The notes under the pieces are model-generated. The model was not told the origin of the DNA and searched no databases. It worked only from the letters and a program-made list of their open reading frames with translations. This document shows positions 51,951-64,000 of a stretch of 64,000 nucleotides of DNA, piece by piece. The first letter of the stretch is position 1. Each line of letters starts with the position of its first letter. The DNA is from Camelus ferus (lineage: Eukaryota): positions 92,940,001-93,004,000 of the forward strand of contig NC_045696.1 of NCBI RefSeq assembly GCF_009834535.1, given 5' to 3'. The position numbers and the translations under genes were made by a program.

Positions 51951-52591
51951 AAATTGAACACTTTCTATATGCCAAGAGTTATGCTAAGCATGGTTTGTAA
52001 ATTATTTTTCTTAATTCCTGTAACAAATCAGTGAAGCATAACTAAAATTATTACCATTTTATGTATGAGAAAAACTGTGACTTATGGAGTTTAAAGTCAA
52101 ACAGCAATTAAGCTACAGATCTAGTTTTCAATCCTTGACCTCAGAGTCCATATTTTTAATCATGTCACTATAATTGTGTCCAAGATATGAGGGATCAGAC
52201 AGTTGGTACAAGCACATTGCTTGGACCTCTGAGTGCCTTGGATTTCTCAGAACTTTTGGGCTGTCTTAAAGATTTATGTTTTGACCTAATTAGATTAATA
52301 GAATGCAGAGCCCTATCACAGATACATTACCAAACCTGATTTTTTTAGTCATTCATTCTTCTATATTTTGAAGGCCCATTCTGTGCCAGATACTTTGCTA
52401 GACAAAAGTATTATATTTTTATAAGCATAATTATATAGACCTAAACATCATATTTCCTATCCCTAAGAAGAACTTGGCTAGTAGGGGACACAGATAAAAA
52501 CATAAATTATAACATATTACCATAAGTATTAGAATAATAACTATGTTAATAACTGACAATATTTGGACATTTATCAAATCAAGGCATTGTC

Positions 52592-54180
52592 TTTTTTTCT
52601 CCCCAGCTTTATTGAGGTATAACTGCTCTACAGAACAAACAAACAAAAAAAGCCTGCATACAATTTGGTGAATTTGGACAAATGTATGCACTCATGGTTA
52701 CAGCCAAGATAATAAGCATATCATCACTTCCAAGAGTTTCATGTAACATGAGATTCACCTTCTTAAATTTTTTAGGTACATAATGCGTGTTGTTAAGTGT
52801 AGGCACTGTGTTGCACAACAGATTTCCTTCTTTTAAAGGCTGAATGCTATTCCTCTTTATGTGTATACCATATTTTCTTTATCAATTTATCAGTCAATGA
52901 ACATTTGGTTTGTTTCTGTATCTTGGCTGTTGTGAATAATGCTGCAGTGAACATGGGGAATGCAGATATCTCCTCAAGATTTTGGTTTCAATTCTTCTAG
53001 ATATATATTCAGAAATGGGATTTCCCAGTCATATGCTAGTTCTATATTTAATTTTTTGAGGAACCTCAATACTTTTGTCTATAGTGCCTATACCAAGTTA
53101 CATTCACACCAGTCGTGTGCCAGAGTCTCCTTTTTCCACACCTTCACCAACACTTATCTTTTGTTTTCATTTTTGTTTTTAATAGCCATCCTAATAGGTG
53201 TGAGGTGATATCTCCTGGTTTTGATTTGCATTTCCCTGATTATTAGTAATGTTGAGTGCCTTTTCATAGATCTGTTGGCCATTTGAATATCTTTTTTGAA
53301 GAAATGTCTATTCAAGTCCTTTGCTCATTATTTTTTTTATTTTTATTTTTATTTATTTTTTTTGCTATTTAGTTGTCAGAGTTTCTTAACGTATTTTGGG
53401 AATCAACCCATTATCACATGTAAGGTTTGCACATATTTTCTCCAATTCTTTAAGTTGCCTTTTCATTTTGTTGATGGTTTCCTTTGCTGTGCAGAAGATT
53501 TTTGTTTAATATAGTTCCACTTATCTATTTTTACTTATGATGGCTGTACTTTTGTGTCATATCCGAGAAATCATTGCTGAGACCAATGTCAAGAATTTTC
53601 CCTTTGTTTTCTTCTAGGAGTTTAAGAGTCTCAGATCTTATGTTTAAATCTTTAATCCATTTTGAGCTAATTTTTATGCATGGTATAAGATAAGGGTTCA
53701 AATCTGATCTTTTAGATGTGGATGTTCAGTTTTCCCAAAACCACTTATGAAGAGTCTGTCCTTCCCCCCATTGTGTATTCATGTCACCCTTGTCAAAGAT
53801 CAGTTGACCATATATGCATTGATTTCTTCCTGGGCTCTCTGTTCTGTTCCATTGGTCTATATGTCTGTTTTGTGCCAGTGTTTTTGTGCTGTTTTGATTA
53901 CTGTAACATATTTTGAAATCAGGAAGGATGATGTCTCCAGATTTTTTTTTCCTCAAGATTGCTTTCGCTGTTTGAGGTCTTTTATGGTTACATTTGAGTT
54001 TTAGAATTTTTTTTTTTCTATCTCTATAAAAACGTCTTTGGGATTTTTATAAGAATTGTATTGAATCTGTAGGTCACCTTGGATAGTACTGACATTTTAA
54101 CAATATTAATTCTTCCAAACTGTGAATATGGGATGCCATTCCATTTGTTTGTGTTTGCTTTAATTTTGTTCATTTGGTTT
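52592..54180 (-). mobile_element. L1 (L1MA-type) 3' portion
   Basis: ORF 53726..53956 (IILPDFKICY...NRHIDQWNRTESP...YGQLIFDKG) is L1 ORF2. Confidence 0.92.
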
Positions 54181-55937
54181 TTATAAATAAGAAAACTCAC
54201 AGACTGAAAGAGTTTATCTTCTTTTTCTTTTTTCTCAAAGTTATAAAGTAAAAATGGAAAAGCCAGAGTTCAAAACTTGACCTTCAAATACTCTAACCAC
54301 TTTGCATAGCTTTCCATGGTAGCAAAAAGGAGAAATATCCATCTCAGAGGAGAGAAGCTTAGAGCTACATCTAAACTAAATCTCCAGGAACAAAAGAAGT
54401 ATTGGTAAAATTCTATATTGTCAGTGCAAGAAAGTTGGAAAACCCAATAAATTAGAGAGACTATGTTGGGAAATCCATGCCACTTCGAGTAGGCAAATTT
54501 AACATTCTTCTTCCCAATTTTGGGGTTATAATCATTAAGAAAATGAGATTTAGGCTCTGACCATTCCTAAGGAACAGAGTCAAGGTCCTGAGATGTTAGG
54601 GAGATCAAATAAAATATTTGAGATTTTCCCCACTGGCCTTCTTCCATATATAGTGAAACTGAGGTAGCCAGTTCTACAGCTAGACATTTGGTTTTATTTT
54701 TAAAAAGTCTTATTCTGACAAGCTGGAAAAGGTTGTAAGTGGGGAGGATGGCAAAATGCAAACTAGATGAATGACAAGTTTGAATATTATGACTTTTCAC
54801 TGTGGTATGCTTGATTTTTACCTTTGAGCAATCACATTTCATTTTGAAACCTCATATGACTGCTGGCCTGAAATGATGAAATGGTGTAGGTCATCTCAAC
54901 TTGGAGGAATAAGATGAATCACTTCAACTTTACACAGCACATTCTTAATTTTCTTCTTTAAAGATGAATTCTTGCCAAAAGCAAGGAAAAATCATTAGAA
55001 TATTTAATTTTAATCTGACAGTGTCTGTCATTATTAGTATTCTTTGAATGAATTGTCCTTTGGTTTTATTTTAAGTGGGATGAGATGCTTTTATCTAAGA
55101 ACTAAAATTGAAATGGGCATGGAAAGAAAGAGAGAGGGGGGCAGAGAGAGAGAGAGAGATTTCTGGATAAAAAAAATCACCCTTTCTTCTATTCAGCACC
55201 TTCTAACATCTCAGAATAGAAGTTTCTGGGGAAGGAGCTGGTGGGTTCACACCAAGGTAAGCTGTAGTCTTGAAATCTCCCCTGTCGGCAGCTGGGATAT
55301 ACAGTGTTGCCCCATCTCTTGAAAGGCACTATGTGCCTCTTGATAGACATTAGGTAAGTGAAAAGAATTTTTAATCAAAGAATTTAAAATATTTTCAGTA
55401 CGCTCACATCCCAGTTCCAATTGCAGCAGTACCTAATAATGGACTTGTAGTTGAGATTACTTTTGTTAACTAGTGTTTCTAGTTTTGCTCACCAACTCTG
55501 CTGCTACTGTTGCTTCCTGTGCTGGACATTCCTTGAACTAGTCCATGAAATGGCTAGCAGAGTTAGCTTGTACTGAATGAAAGGACTGTGGGGCGAGCTC
55601 GGCATGGACACAGTGTGGTATAGCGCACAGAGCAGGACACTAAGTGTCTTAAGCTCTGAGGTCCAGTTGGTTAGAGTCCTCACCTAGTGGCTGAGAACTC
55701 TTGGAGTCTCTTTTGTGTCTGCAAAATGGGAGTACTGAATTTACTCTGTTTGTTTATCACAGGGAGCTATGGTGATGGTCAGATGAAAATTTTACATGTG
55801 AAATTGTTTGAAAAGTACAGACAACCTCACAATGTTACAGAAGGCCACTAGCAAGGAGAAAATTGCTTCTTTGGAAGGCTGGGTGCCTGCCAGCCTGCAG
55901 AAGGACTTAGTTAATAGAGTAACTTCTCATCGTTATT

Positions 55938-55977
55938 AAGGATGCTATGAAAAAAAAAAAAAAAAGGATGCTATGAA
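55938..55977 (+). mobile_element. Poly(A)-only retroinsertion with a 14-bp TSD
   Basis: AAGGATGCTATGAA at 55938-55951 and 55964-55977 flanks an A-run; TT|AA lies just upstream. Confidence 0.7.
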
Positions 55978-56555
55978 GACCAGGTTTATTGCCAGGTACC
56001 ATAGTAGTTTGCTTGCAGACTGGACCAGAAAGGGGTATAACTACAAAGTATAGGTTGTAGGAGGCCACCTATGGGGAAGGAAATCTAGACAGAGTGCAGT
56101 GCATCTTGGTCCTGCCTCAAGAGACAAAGATAGACCCCAGGGGAAGATCTGGAAATCATCCAGCAAGGGAGCTATCTGAGGTCTGGAGAGGTTTCCAATG
56201 AAAAAGACTTGTATCTTTGTCCCTGTCTGCTCTGCTGTAGGTGTCCCCAGTGATGCATGGTGGAGTGGAGGGGCAAAAGGAAAGAGAGTTGGTCCCTCTG
56301 ACAAACACCACACATGCAGTTGAGGATTATAATCTGCTGCCTTTCATTATTTTTTCAGCAAATATTGAGTACCTGCTCTGGGCCAGACCATGTGTTAGGA
56401 CAGCAAAACTTTGGAAGATAGAAATAGGATGGGATATGGGTTCTGCCATTAGAAAGCTTCCCAGGTGGGGGGACAGACATGAAAAAAAAACCTGCCAGTA
56501 CAAGGGAGTGATGCTGTAGAAGCAATGGGAAGGAAGTGGTTAATTCTGTCCAAGG

Positions 56556-57618
56556 CACAGTCTACCGAGGCAATAGAAATAAAAGCAAAATAAACAAATG
56601 GAACCTAACTAAACTTATAAACTTTTGCACAGCAAAGGAAACTATAAACAAAACAAAAAGACAACCTACAGAATGTGAGAAAACATTTGCAAATGAGGCA
56701 ACTGACAAGGGCTTAATTTCCAGAATATACAAACAGCTCACACAACTTAATAACAAAGAAATGAACAAGTCAATCCAAAAATGGGCAGAAGACCTAAACA
56801 AGCATTTCTCTAGTGAAGACACACAAATGGCCAATAGGCACATAAAAAAATGCTCAATATCGCTAATTATCAGGGAAATGCAAATCAAAACTACAATTAG
56901 GTATCACCTCACACCAGTCAGAATGGCCATCACTCAAAAATCCACAAACGGTAAATGCTGGAGAGGGTGTGAAGAAAAGGGAACTCTCCTACACTGTTGG
57001 TGGGAATATAGTTTGGTGCAGCCAATATGGAAAACAGTATGGAGAGTCCTCAAAAAACTAAAGACTTACCGTATGATGCAGCAATCCCACTTCTGGGCAT
57101 ATATTCAGATGAAACTCTAATTTGAGAAGATATATGCAGCCTAATATTCATAGCAGCACTATTTACAATAGCCAAGATATGGAAACAACCTAAATGTCCG
57201 TCAATGGATGGTTGGATAAAGAAGTTGTGTGTATATATACGGAATATTACTCAGCCATAAAAAAGAATAAAATAATGCCATTTGCAGCAACGTGGGTGGA
57301 CCTGGAGATTGTCATTCTAAGTGAAGAAAGTCAGACAGAGGAAGAAAAATACCATACAATATCACTTATATGTGGAATCTAAAAAGAAGATAAATGAACT
57401 TATTTACAAAGTAGAAACAAACTCAGACATAGAAAGCAAACTTATGGTTAGTAGGGGGTAAACAGTGTGGGAAAGGATAAATTGGGAGTTTGAGATTTGC
57501 AGATACTAACTAGATATAAAATACATAAAACAATAAGTTTCTATTGTATAGCACAGGAAACTATATTGAAAATCTTGTAGTAACCAATAATGAAAAAGAA
57601 TATGGTAAGGAATTTATG

Positions 57619-57668
<50 letters not shown>

Positions 57669-57750
57669 TATATATATGACTGAAATGTTATACTATATAC
57701 TAGAAATTGATACAACATTGTAAACTGAATATAGTTCAATTAAAAAAAAA
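56556..57750 (+). mobile_element. Young 5'-truncated L1 (ORF2 C-terminus, 3'UTR with (TA)n, poly(A))
   Basis: ORF 56536..57120 is the ORF2 tail ([36 protein letters not shown]); imperfect TSD aattctgtccaag / aattctgcccagg. Confidence 0.95.
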
Positions 57751-58367
57751 TTCTGCCCAGGACAGGGGTCAGGAAAGACTTCATAGATTTCACTGGGTCT
57801 TGAAGAATCAGTAAGGACTATCCACAATGTTAAGGGAAAAGTTAAGGGTGACTAGGCATGATGTAATTGTTGGAGACGTAGTAGGTGGGGATGGGAGTGG
57901 AGGATGGTGAGGAGAGATGATGTTAGATGAGGCTCACAAAGAGCCTTGTCTATCTGGCTAATATACCAGCTAATATACGAAGGGTCCCCGACTATAATCT
58001 TGGGTTCCAAATCTTTAATCTTCCCCAAGACCCCTAAAGATACCTTGCTCTGTCAGTAGAGTTGAACCTAGCAATCATTCTCAAGGTGAGAGGTAAGGAA
58101 AGATTCAAATGTTTTAAATCTCCTGCAGGGCATGTATCAGAAAGAGTGGAATCAGCTTGAAAAACTCCTCAATTCTCAATGGCCCCTGAGGGAAGTGACA
58201 GGATCAGATCTGGGGTGAGAAGAGTGGGTAGGGTTGGAAGCACAGATCTGTCCATTCAGTGAGCCGTGGCCTCACTCTGATTCCCAGAGGCAGGTGTGCC
58301 TGGGATGCGGAGCCCGCACTCACAGAAGGCCAAGGGAACTCTGGCTTGAAATAGAGCATCCTGGGCA

Positions 58368-58533
58368 AATTTTTTTAAAAATATACTTTTATTTAAGTAT
58401 AGTCAGTACACAATGTTGTGTCAACTTCTGGTGTACAGCACAATACTCAGTCATATAGGAACATATTTATATTCATGTTCATATTCTTTTTAACCATTAG
58501 TTACTACAAGATATTGAATATAGTTCCCTGTGA
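58368..58533 (-). mobile_element. Short young L1 3' end
   Basis: T-rich tail, then tatagtcagtacacaatgttgtgtc...tatagttccctgtg; TGGGCA on both flanks. Confidence 0.75.
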
Positions 58534-59339
58534 TGGGCAGGTTTTTTGGACTGGAATGATTCTACATAAATTCCTCAAGGTTGTCCGTTGAGATACCTAC
58601 AGAACTGCAGGAAACCCTTATGCCTTTTCAGCTCCTGGAGTAAGCCTGCATCCTTTGATGTTCTCCTTAATGGGTCTGAAGAACTAGAACACGATGAGGA
58701 CAGTACCCCCATTAGCTGGCAACCTAACATATTGTAGGCACCTCATTCATTTAACTGTTCTCTCTCTTCATTCAGCAGACACCTATCATTTTAGATGCCA
58801 TTAATTTCATTACTACAATTATTAGCATGAAATGCCTGGTGTACCCCAAACAGCTTTCTCTTCCATACGTATTAATTGTTGCAGTTGTATTATTATCATT
58901 GCTTCCAGCACTTGAAGCCATAACTAAGATAGTGTTAACAGGCCTTATTTAATCCAGTGGGATGTGAAGACCCAGCTTCATATCAGTATTTATTATGATT
59001 CTTTGAACTTCCTGAAGGATTTTTTCTAATTTTACTTGGATTCAGAGTGATCTCCCTTATTATTATGCGGGAAGCCAAATGAATCCTTTGGTTATGAAGG
59101 AATAATATGAGTAATACAATCAATTGGATTTTTAGGCTATATTGTGAGTATATCATATATTTATCAAAGAAATAGTCCTGTCCTAGACACAAGGCATATT
59201 TCACATCTGCTACAACAATTTTTGCTTAGCCCAACAAGGGTAAAATTCTTCAGTTGACTAGCTACTTTACATAGAAGAAATATTAAATGATGGTCAGACA
59301 TACTATAAGTTTGAGGCTTTATTTTCTTATTCAGGTGGG

Positions 59340-59735
59340 TGCCGTGGTTAGTCTTTGTGTCAACTTGGATAAGCTGTAGTACCAGTTATCTAATCAAACA
59401 CTAATCTGGGTGTTGCTGTGAAGGTGCTTTGTAGATGTGGTTAACATCTACGATCAGTTGACTTAAAGGAATGGAGATTACTCTGGACAATGTGGGTGGG
59501 TCTCATCTGATCAATTGGAAGGCTGTAAGAGCAAAAACTGAAATTTACTGTCGAAGATTAAATTTTTCCTCAAGATTATAGCATTAACTCCTGCCTGAGT
59601 TTCTAGCTGGTTGGCCTGCCCTACACATTTCAGATTTGCCAGTGCCCACAAACAGGTGATTCAGTTCTTTAAAGTCTCTTTATATGTATATATAAATGTA
59701 TTGGTTTTGTTTCTCTGGAGAACCCTGAATAAATG
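59340..59735 (+). mobile_element. MLT2 (ERVL) LTR
   Basis: tgccgtggttagtctttgtgtcaacttgg...ctaatctgggtgttgctgtgaagg...tttctctggagaaccctgaataaa. Confidence 0.88.
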
Positions 59736-59776
59736 TAAATCGTATATGTGTGTGTGTGTATACACAAATATACAAT

Positions 59777-59808
<32 letters not shown>

Positions 59809-59899
59809 TATATTATATGTATCTATGTATATACATATATAAAAGATTGGGGATTATCTATCTATTCTACGTCTATAGATAGATGAATAGATAAGGAGA

Positions 59900-60268
59900 G
59901 GGAGAGAGAGGACAGAGAGATTGATTTAAGGAACTGGCTTACACATTGTGAAAGCTGACAAGTTCAAAATCTGCAGGCTGACAGTCTGGAGAGCCAGAGA
60001 AGAGTTGTTGCTGCAGCCTGAGTCCAAAGGCAGTCAGCTCTTCCTTGAGGAGGTCCGTCTTTTTTCTTAAGGTCTTCAACTGACTGGATGAGCAACCCCC
60101 ACCCCCATCCCCACCCCCCATTATGGAGAGTAATCTGCTTTCTTCAAAGTCTGCTGATTTAAATGTTAATCTCATCTGAAAAATACCTTCACAGAAACCA
60201 CATTGTGTTTGATCAAACATCTGGGTACTATTGTCTAGCCAAGTTGAGACAGAAAATTTACCATCACA
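59900..60268 (-). mobile_element. Second MLT2 LTR, inverted relative to the first
   Basis: aaggaactggcttacaca...gtaatctgctttcttcaaagtctgctgatttaaatgttaatctcatct...gccaagttgagacagaaaatttaccatcaca. Confidence 0.88.
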
Positions 60269-61715
60269 AGGATATATATTATGTTTTTACCCATTTCCAC
60301 TTTGTCCTGCCTGCAGGATCAGGTGGGTTTGTGTACTAATTTCCATTATTTTCAGAATATAGACCATCCTACATGAGCCAAAATCCCACCTTACAATGAT
60401 ATTCCAGGTGTTAACTCCCCCTCTCAACCTATCCTTAGTTTTCTGATATCTATGACGGCACTCAGACCACTTAGATTCCACATGTTAACACAGTGTAAAC
60501 ACTGTCTCACAGAGTCACTTACTTCACTAAAAACAGTAATATTAATAATATTTATAATTGAAGAAGCATTTGCCTCAAAACAAGAAGTATGCCATCCATC
60601 ATACCAAACATTAAAGAACCAACTTATGCACAAGCTTAAGTACTCAAAACACTTGAGACACGCAGCCTTTTGAGAATCAAATTCCTCAAAATTAGTTGCA
60701 GTCTTGTATTCATCCTGTTACCTATTAATAATCTCAGGATTGATTTGATGATTCCGTTTCAATACATCAACTCTATTAATACTAGGATTACTAACCAATA
60801 CATTAACGATGTACTAATGGTGCAGGAATATTATCTTCCAAGGTTGTCACATATCAGTTGTATAAAATGACTTTGACATGGAAAAATCCTCTTTATTCTG
60901 TCAGGAGCATTTTTCTTTGCAGGATTTTCCCAAGTTTTCTATCACTCAAACATAACCCCTATGCTAGAACTTGGCAGATGCTGACCAGCAAGAGATATTT
61001 ATCCAATACATCCATTATAAGTGATGTTATTTAATACGTCAACCCTTCCAACTTCTGGCATTTTTACTACTTGAGTTCACCACTGTCTAACAGGAGGAAG
61101 TCACAAGCAGATATTACGACCAATGTTTGTTACCATTGCTCTAAGAGTTTACATTGTAAGAAGCTTCAGAATATTATGAAAGAGAGTCCCAATTTCTGAC
61201 AGCATTGTCTAGGGAAATAGGATGTCATGGATAACATACAATTATTGATACAGCACTCCTAATCATATGCTCTCCACATCAACTAAAATTTTACTTCACA
61301 TCTAATCAGTGCTTTGGGTTTGAAATTGCTGTCTGATACTGACCTTTTGTAGATGTCATAAGACTATTTTTTCATGTATTAATTTGTTGACAAGGAGCCT
61401 TCCTTTGAAGTATTAGTAGTGTAACTGACTTCAAATCAGCAACTTTTGACATAAATCCAAGAAAGAAATAATTTAATACGGTCATTAGTAGTCAACAGAC
61501 AATTCACTTCTGCACTAGCAATTATCCCAACCTGATGATGATAATTAAATATCAGAAAAATCAAGCCATATGAATCTGGATTAGACCCACTAGGATCTGT
61601 TTGCCTACCATTTTCAATAAAATTCTTCATAGAAGCAATTGCATTCTTACTGTTTGAGAAATTAGGCTCTTTTCACCACTTCCTTGGACTTTCTCCATAA
61701 TCAACCTACAAAGCA

Positions 61716-62005
61716 TATATATATACACACACAACTTCTTTATCCAGCCATCTGTCGATGGAAATTTAGGTTGCTTCCATGTCTTGGCTATTGTAGATAG
61801 TGCTGCTATGAACATCAGGGTGCATGTATCTTTTCGAATTAGAGTTCCTTCCAGATATATGCCCAGCAGTGGGATTGCTGGATCATAGGGTAAGTCTATT
61901 TTTAGTTTTTTAAAGGAATCTCCACGCTGTTTTCCATAACAGCTGCACCAAACAATATTCCCACCAACAGAGTAGGAGGGTTTCCTGTTCTCCACACCCT
62001 CTCTT
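61716..62005 (-). mobile_element. Internal fragment of a young L1 (ORF2 tail), no poly(A)
   Basis: ORF 61627..61995: [19 protein letters not shown]...MFIAALSTIAKTWKQPK. Confidence 0.9.
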
Positions 62006-62124
62006 GGTTACCTTTTGATTTCTAAGGACAAGAGGCTTGGTCTCCATTGGAAATCTTGTAACTTGGCAGTGTGCATCAGGCGGAGAGTGGGCTGGGCTGG
62101 GCTCAGGTCTGTCCCAACCCCTCG

Positions 62125-62296
62125 GGCACCCAAAGCAGTACTGCTTTTGTGCGGACCCAGGATCGGCAGCATCAGCACCACCTGGGAACTTACAGATGCT
62201 CGCACATTGCTCCCACCAGATCTACTGACTCAAATTCAAGCCGGTGAGGGAGAGAGGCAGCAAGGTAGAATCACCCTCAGGTTTGAAATCACTGTC
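62125..62296. mobile_element. MER5A-like MITE
   Basis: cagcatcagcaccacctgggaactt...atctactgactcaaa...gtttgaaatcactg. Confidence 0.7.
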
Positions 62297-63249
62297 CTGG
62301 GAATCACCACCCCGGGCCCACGCAAGAAAGGCAGGCTCGTTTGCTGTGACGGCATCTGTTGTATAAAGTTATTGCATGTGGAAAGTTTGTTGTAATCATG
62401 CCGACAAAGCACTGGGCCTGTCCCAGGGATTAACATTTGTGATTTTGGGAGACCCTGGGATTAATTTTTATGATGAATATTACTCTGTAATGGGATTTTC
62501 TTCATCTCAGAGAGTAAGATTTGCTAACAGAATTAAAAGCACAAACAAGGGAAATGCTTGTCTGTTTGTGAGCTGGAATTTGCCTTGAAACAATGAATAG
62601 GCTAATTACAACTCTGATCTGTTCAAGTGCAAGGCTTTCTTGTTCCCTTTTCAACCCGTGTTATCTTTTGTCCTTGGAAGTAATGAAACTGTACTTCTTT
62701 TAAAAACTAGCCCAACATTGGTCCTCAAATAGGGAAAACTTGCAGGATTTTATAATTGTAAAAATCCTTGAATCTAGCATCAGAGAATAGAAAACATCAA
62801 GAATGAGGAAAAGAAGGAGGGAGAAAGAGAGAGAGAAGCTCACAATACAAAAGGTGTAATTTGTGAAGAAAAATCAAAGTGGAGGGGGGAGGAGGGCTGG
62901 AGAGATAAGGAGGATGCAGAGGAGTCAAAAGGCACTGCAGTGGAGAAAAACACTGCTTGTCTCTATTTCTAGCAATGTAAACTGACAGACATTTACACAG
63001 TTTCCCACATTTTACACACTAAAATTGAACTAAGGCCAAGAGATGCGAAAATGAGAAGAGAAACGGGGATAACGGAGGAACGTGATGGAGGGGCAGCCGT
63101 GACACCCGAAGTCATAACTTTGTTGCTTCAGGACTTTTGTTTCCAAAGCACTTATTTCTTCCTCCTAATACTGTGAAGAAGGCAGAGATTAGCAATGTTA
63201 ACTCCATTTTACAGAGGAGGAGACTGAGGTCCAGAGATGATGGTTGGGG

Positions 63250-63800
63250 ATGTATCAGGGACCCAGCAAAAGATGGAAGCCCAGTGTGGAGATAATTTAG
63301 ACCGACCAAATGAGAGCAAGCAAAGGTTGTTTATTCAGCACTTGCTCTAGCAAGGGAGCCAGCCACTGTCACTTGTGTTTAATCAGAGACTCAAAGGCTG
63401 GCAGACAGGTGGGAAGCTTTGTAGTGGAAAAAGGGAAGGCTTCAGATGTGCCTGACTGAGGGCTGCTGGCAGAGAGCTACGGGCGGCATCGCTGTGATGG
63501 GTTAGGGGTGCATGGCAGGCTCTCCTCTAACTGGTCCTGAGCTGGAAGCAGGGACAAATGTTAGGGAAAATATCAGTGACTAATCAAGTCTTGGCCTTTT
63601 TGGCCCGATTGTTACAGGGGTTATTGATTGGCTTCCTGGATTTTCCTAGAGTTGTCCTGTCAGCCTGACTTGGGGAGCAGGCTGACATCCTGGCCTGGCT
63701 AATGCAGAAAATGGGTTTATTTCCTGGGCTGGTGGCTGCCGGTTGTGAGTGAAAGTTCTAAGTGTTGTCTGGCCACTGTCTGTTTAAATATTTAGTCTCT
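63250..63800 (-). mobile_element. Probable ERV LTR (family unassigned)
   Basis: Starts tgtatcaggg, has an antisense AATAAA (tttatt) and LTR-like composition. Confidence 0.4.
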
Positions 63801-64000
63801 TATTATTGAGTCCTTTTTCATTTTAGGCGTTTTGTTTTGTTTTTGTTTATCCTTTTTACAAAATAAGACCAGTGTTATGCCTTCCACTTTGCTATTTCTC
63901 TGGAGGCTGTTCTGGAGAGTTCTGGAGCAGCCTCTCTCTGGGGTACACAGAGCTTTCGTGCTCCGGCTAGTTCCACGTTAGCGTTTTAGGGGAAGTCAGC

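Larger units (their letters stand above)
58750..61715 (-). pseudogene. Decayed non-repeat coding-like segment; candidate endogenous toti-like virus capsid gene, interrupted by the MLT2 pair
   Basis: Long low-stop minus-strand frames with T/A-ending codons (about 130 codons with one internal stop at 60812-60424). Motif order resembles recalled IMNV/OmRV capsid proteins. Identity not verified. Confidence 0.45.

Noticed and set aside
61255..61320. Parvovirus NS1-like KAL...SKILVDV match on the minus strand
   Set aside because: Needs a frameshift, and no Walker A/B motifs occur at the expected positions; the toti-like capsid reading fits more motifs in order.
1..64000. CRISPR arrays, tRNA/rRNA genes, prokaryotic systems
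   Set aside because: None seen; the sequence is mammalian intronic and intergenic DNA.

Overview
Mammalian genomic DNA, probably a camelid (inferred from the L1 3' ends and the absence of Alu, B1, Bov-A, PRE-1 and SINEC elements). The + strand carries the 3' half of PLCH1 (phospholipase C eta 1): 12 coding exons from the X/Y linker through the Y and C2 domains to the long terminal exon (stop at 27650). There is also a 28-nt stop-containing cassette that gives the short '...VQI' isoform, and a 3'UTR to about 28.76 kb. As assembled, the gene has two +1 frameshifts (12401 in the Y domain, about 26978 in the tail), most likely assembly errors. The rest is intergenic: old and young L1s, an ERVL remnant with its PBS and LTR, MaLR/MLT2 LTRs, MER5A, MIR/L2, and an orphan ZNF143/THAP11 motif pair. 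The most unusual signal is a decayed, AT-rich, coding-like segment on the - strand (about 58.75-61.7 kb) that matches no mammalian repeat I recognise. It is split by an inverted MLT2 LTR pair, and its motif order resembles toti-like (IMNV/Omono River-type) dsRNA virus major capsid proteins. It is a candidate ancient endogenous viral element; this rests on recalled sequences and needs a profile or structure search.
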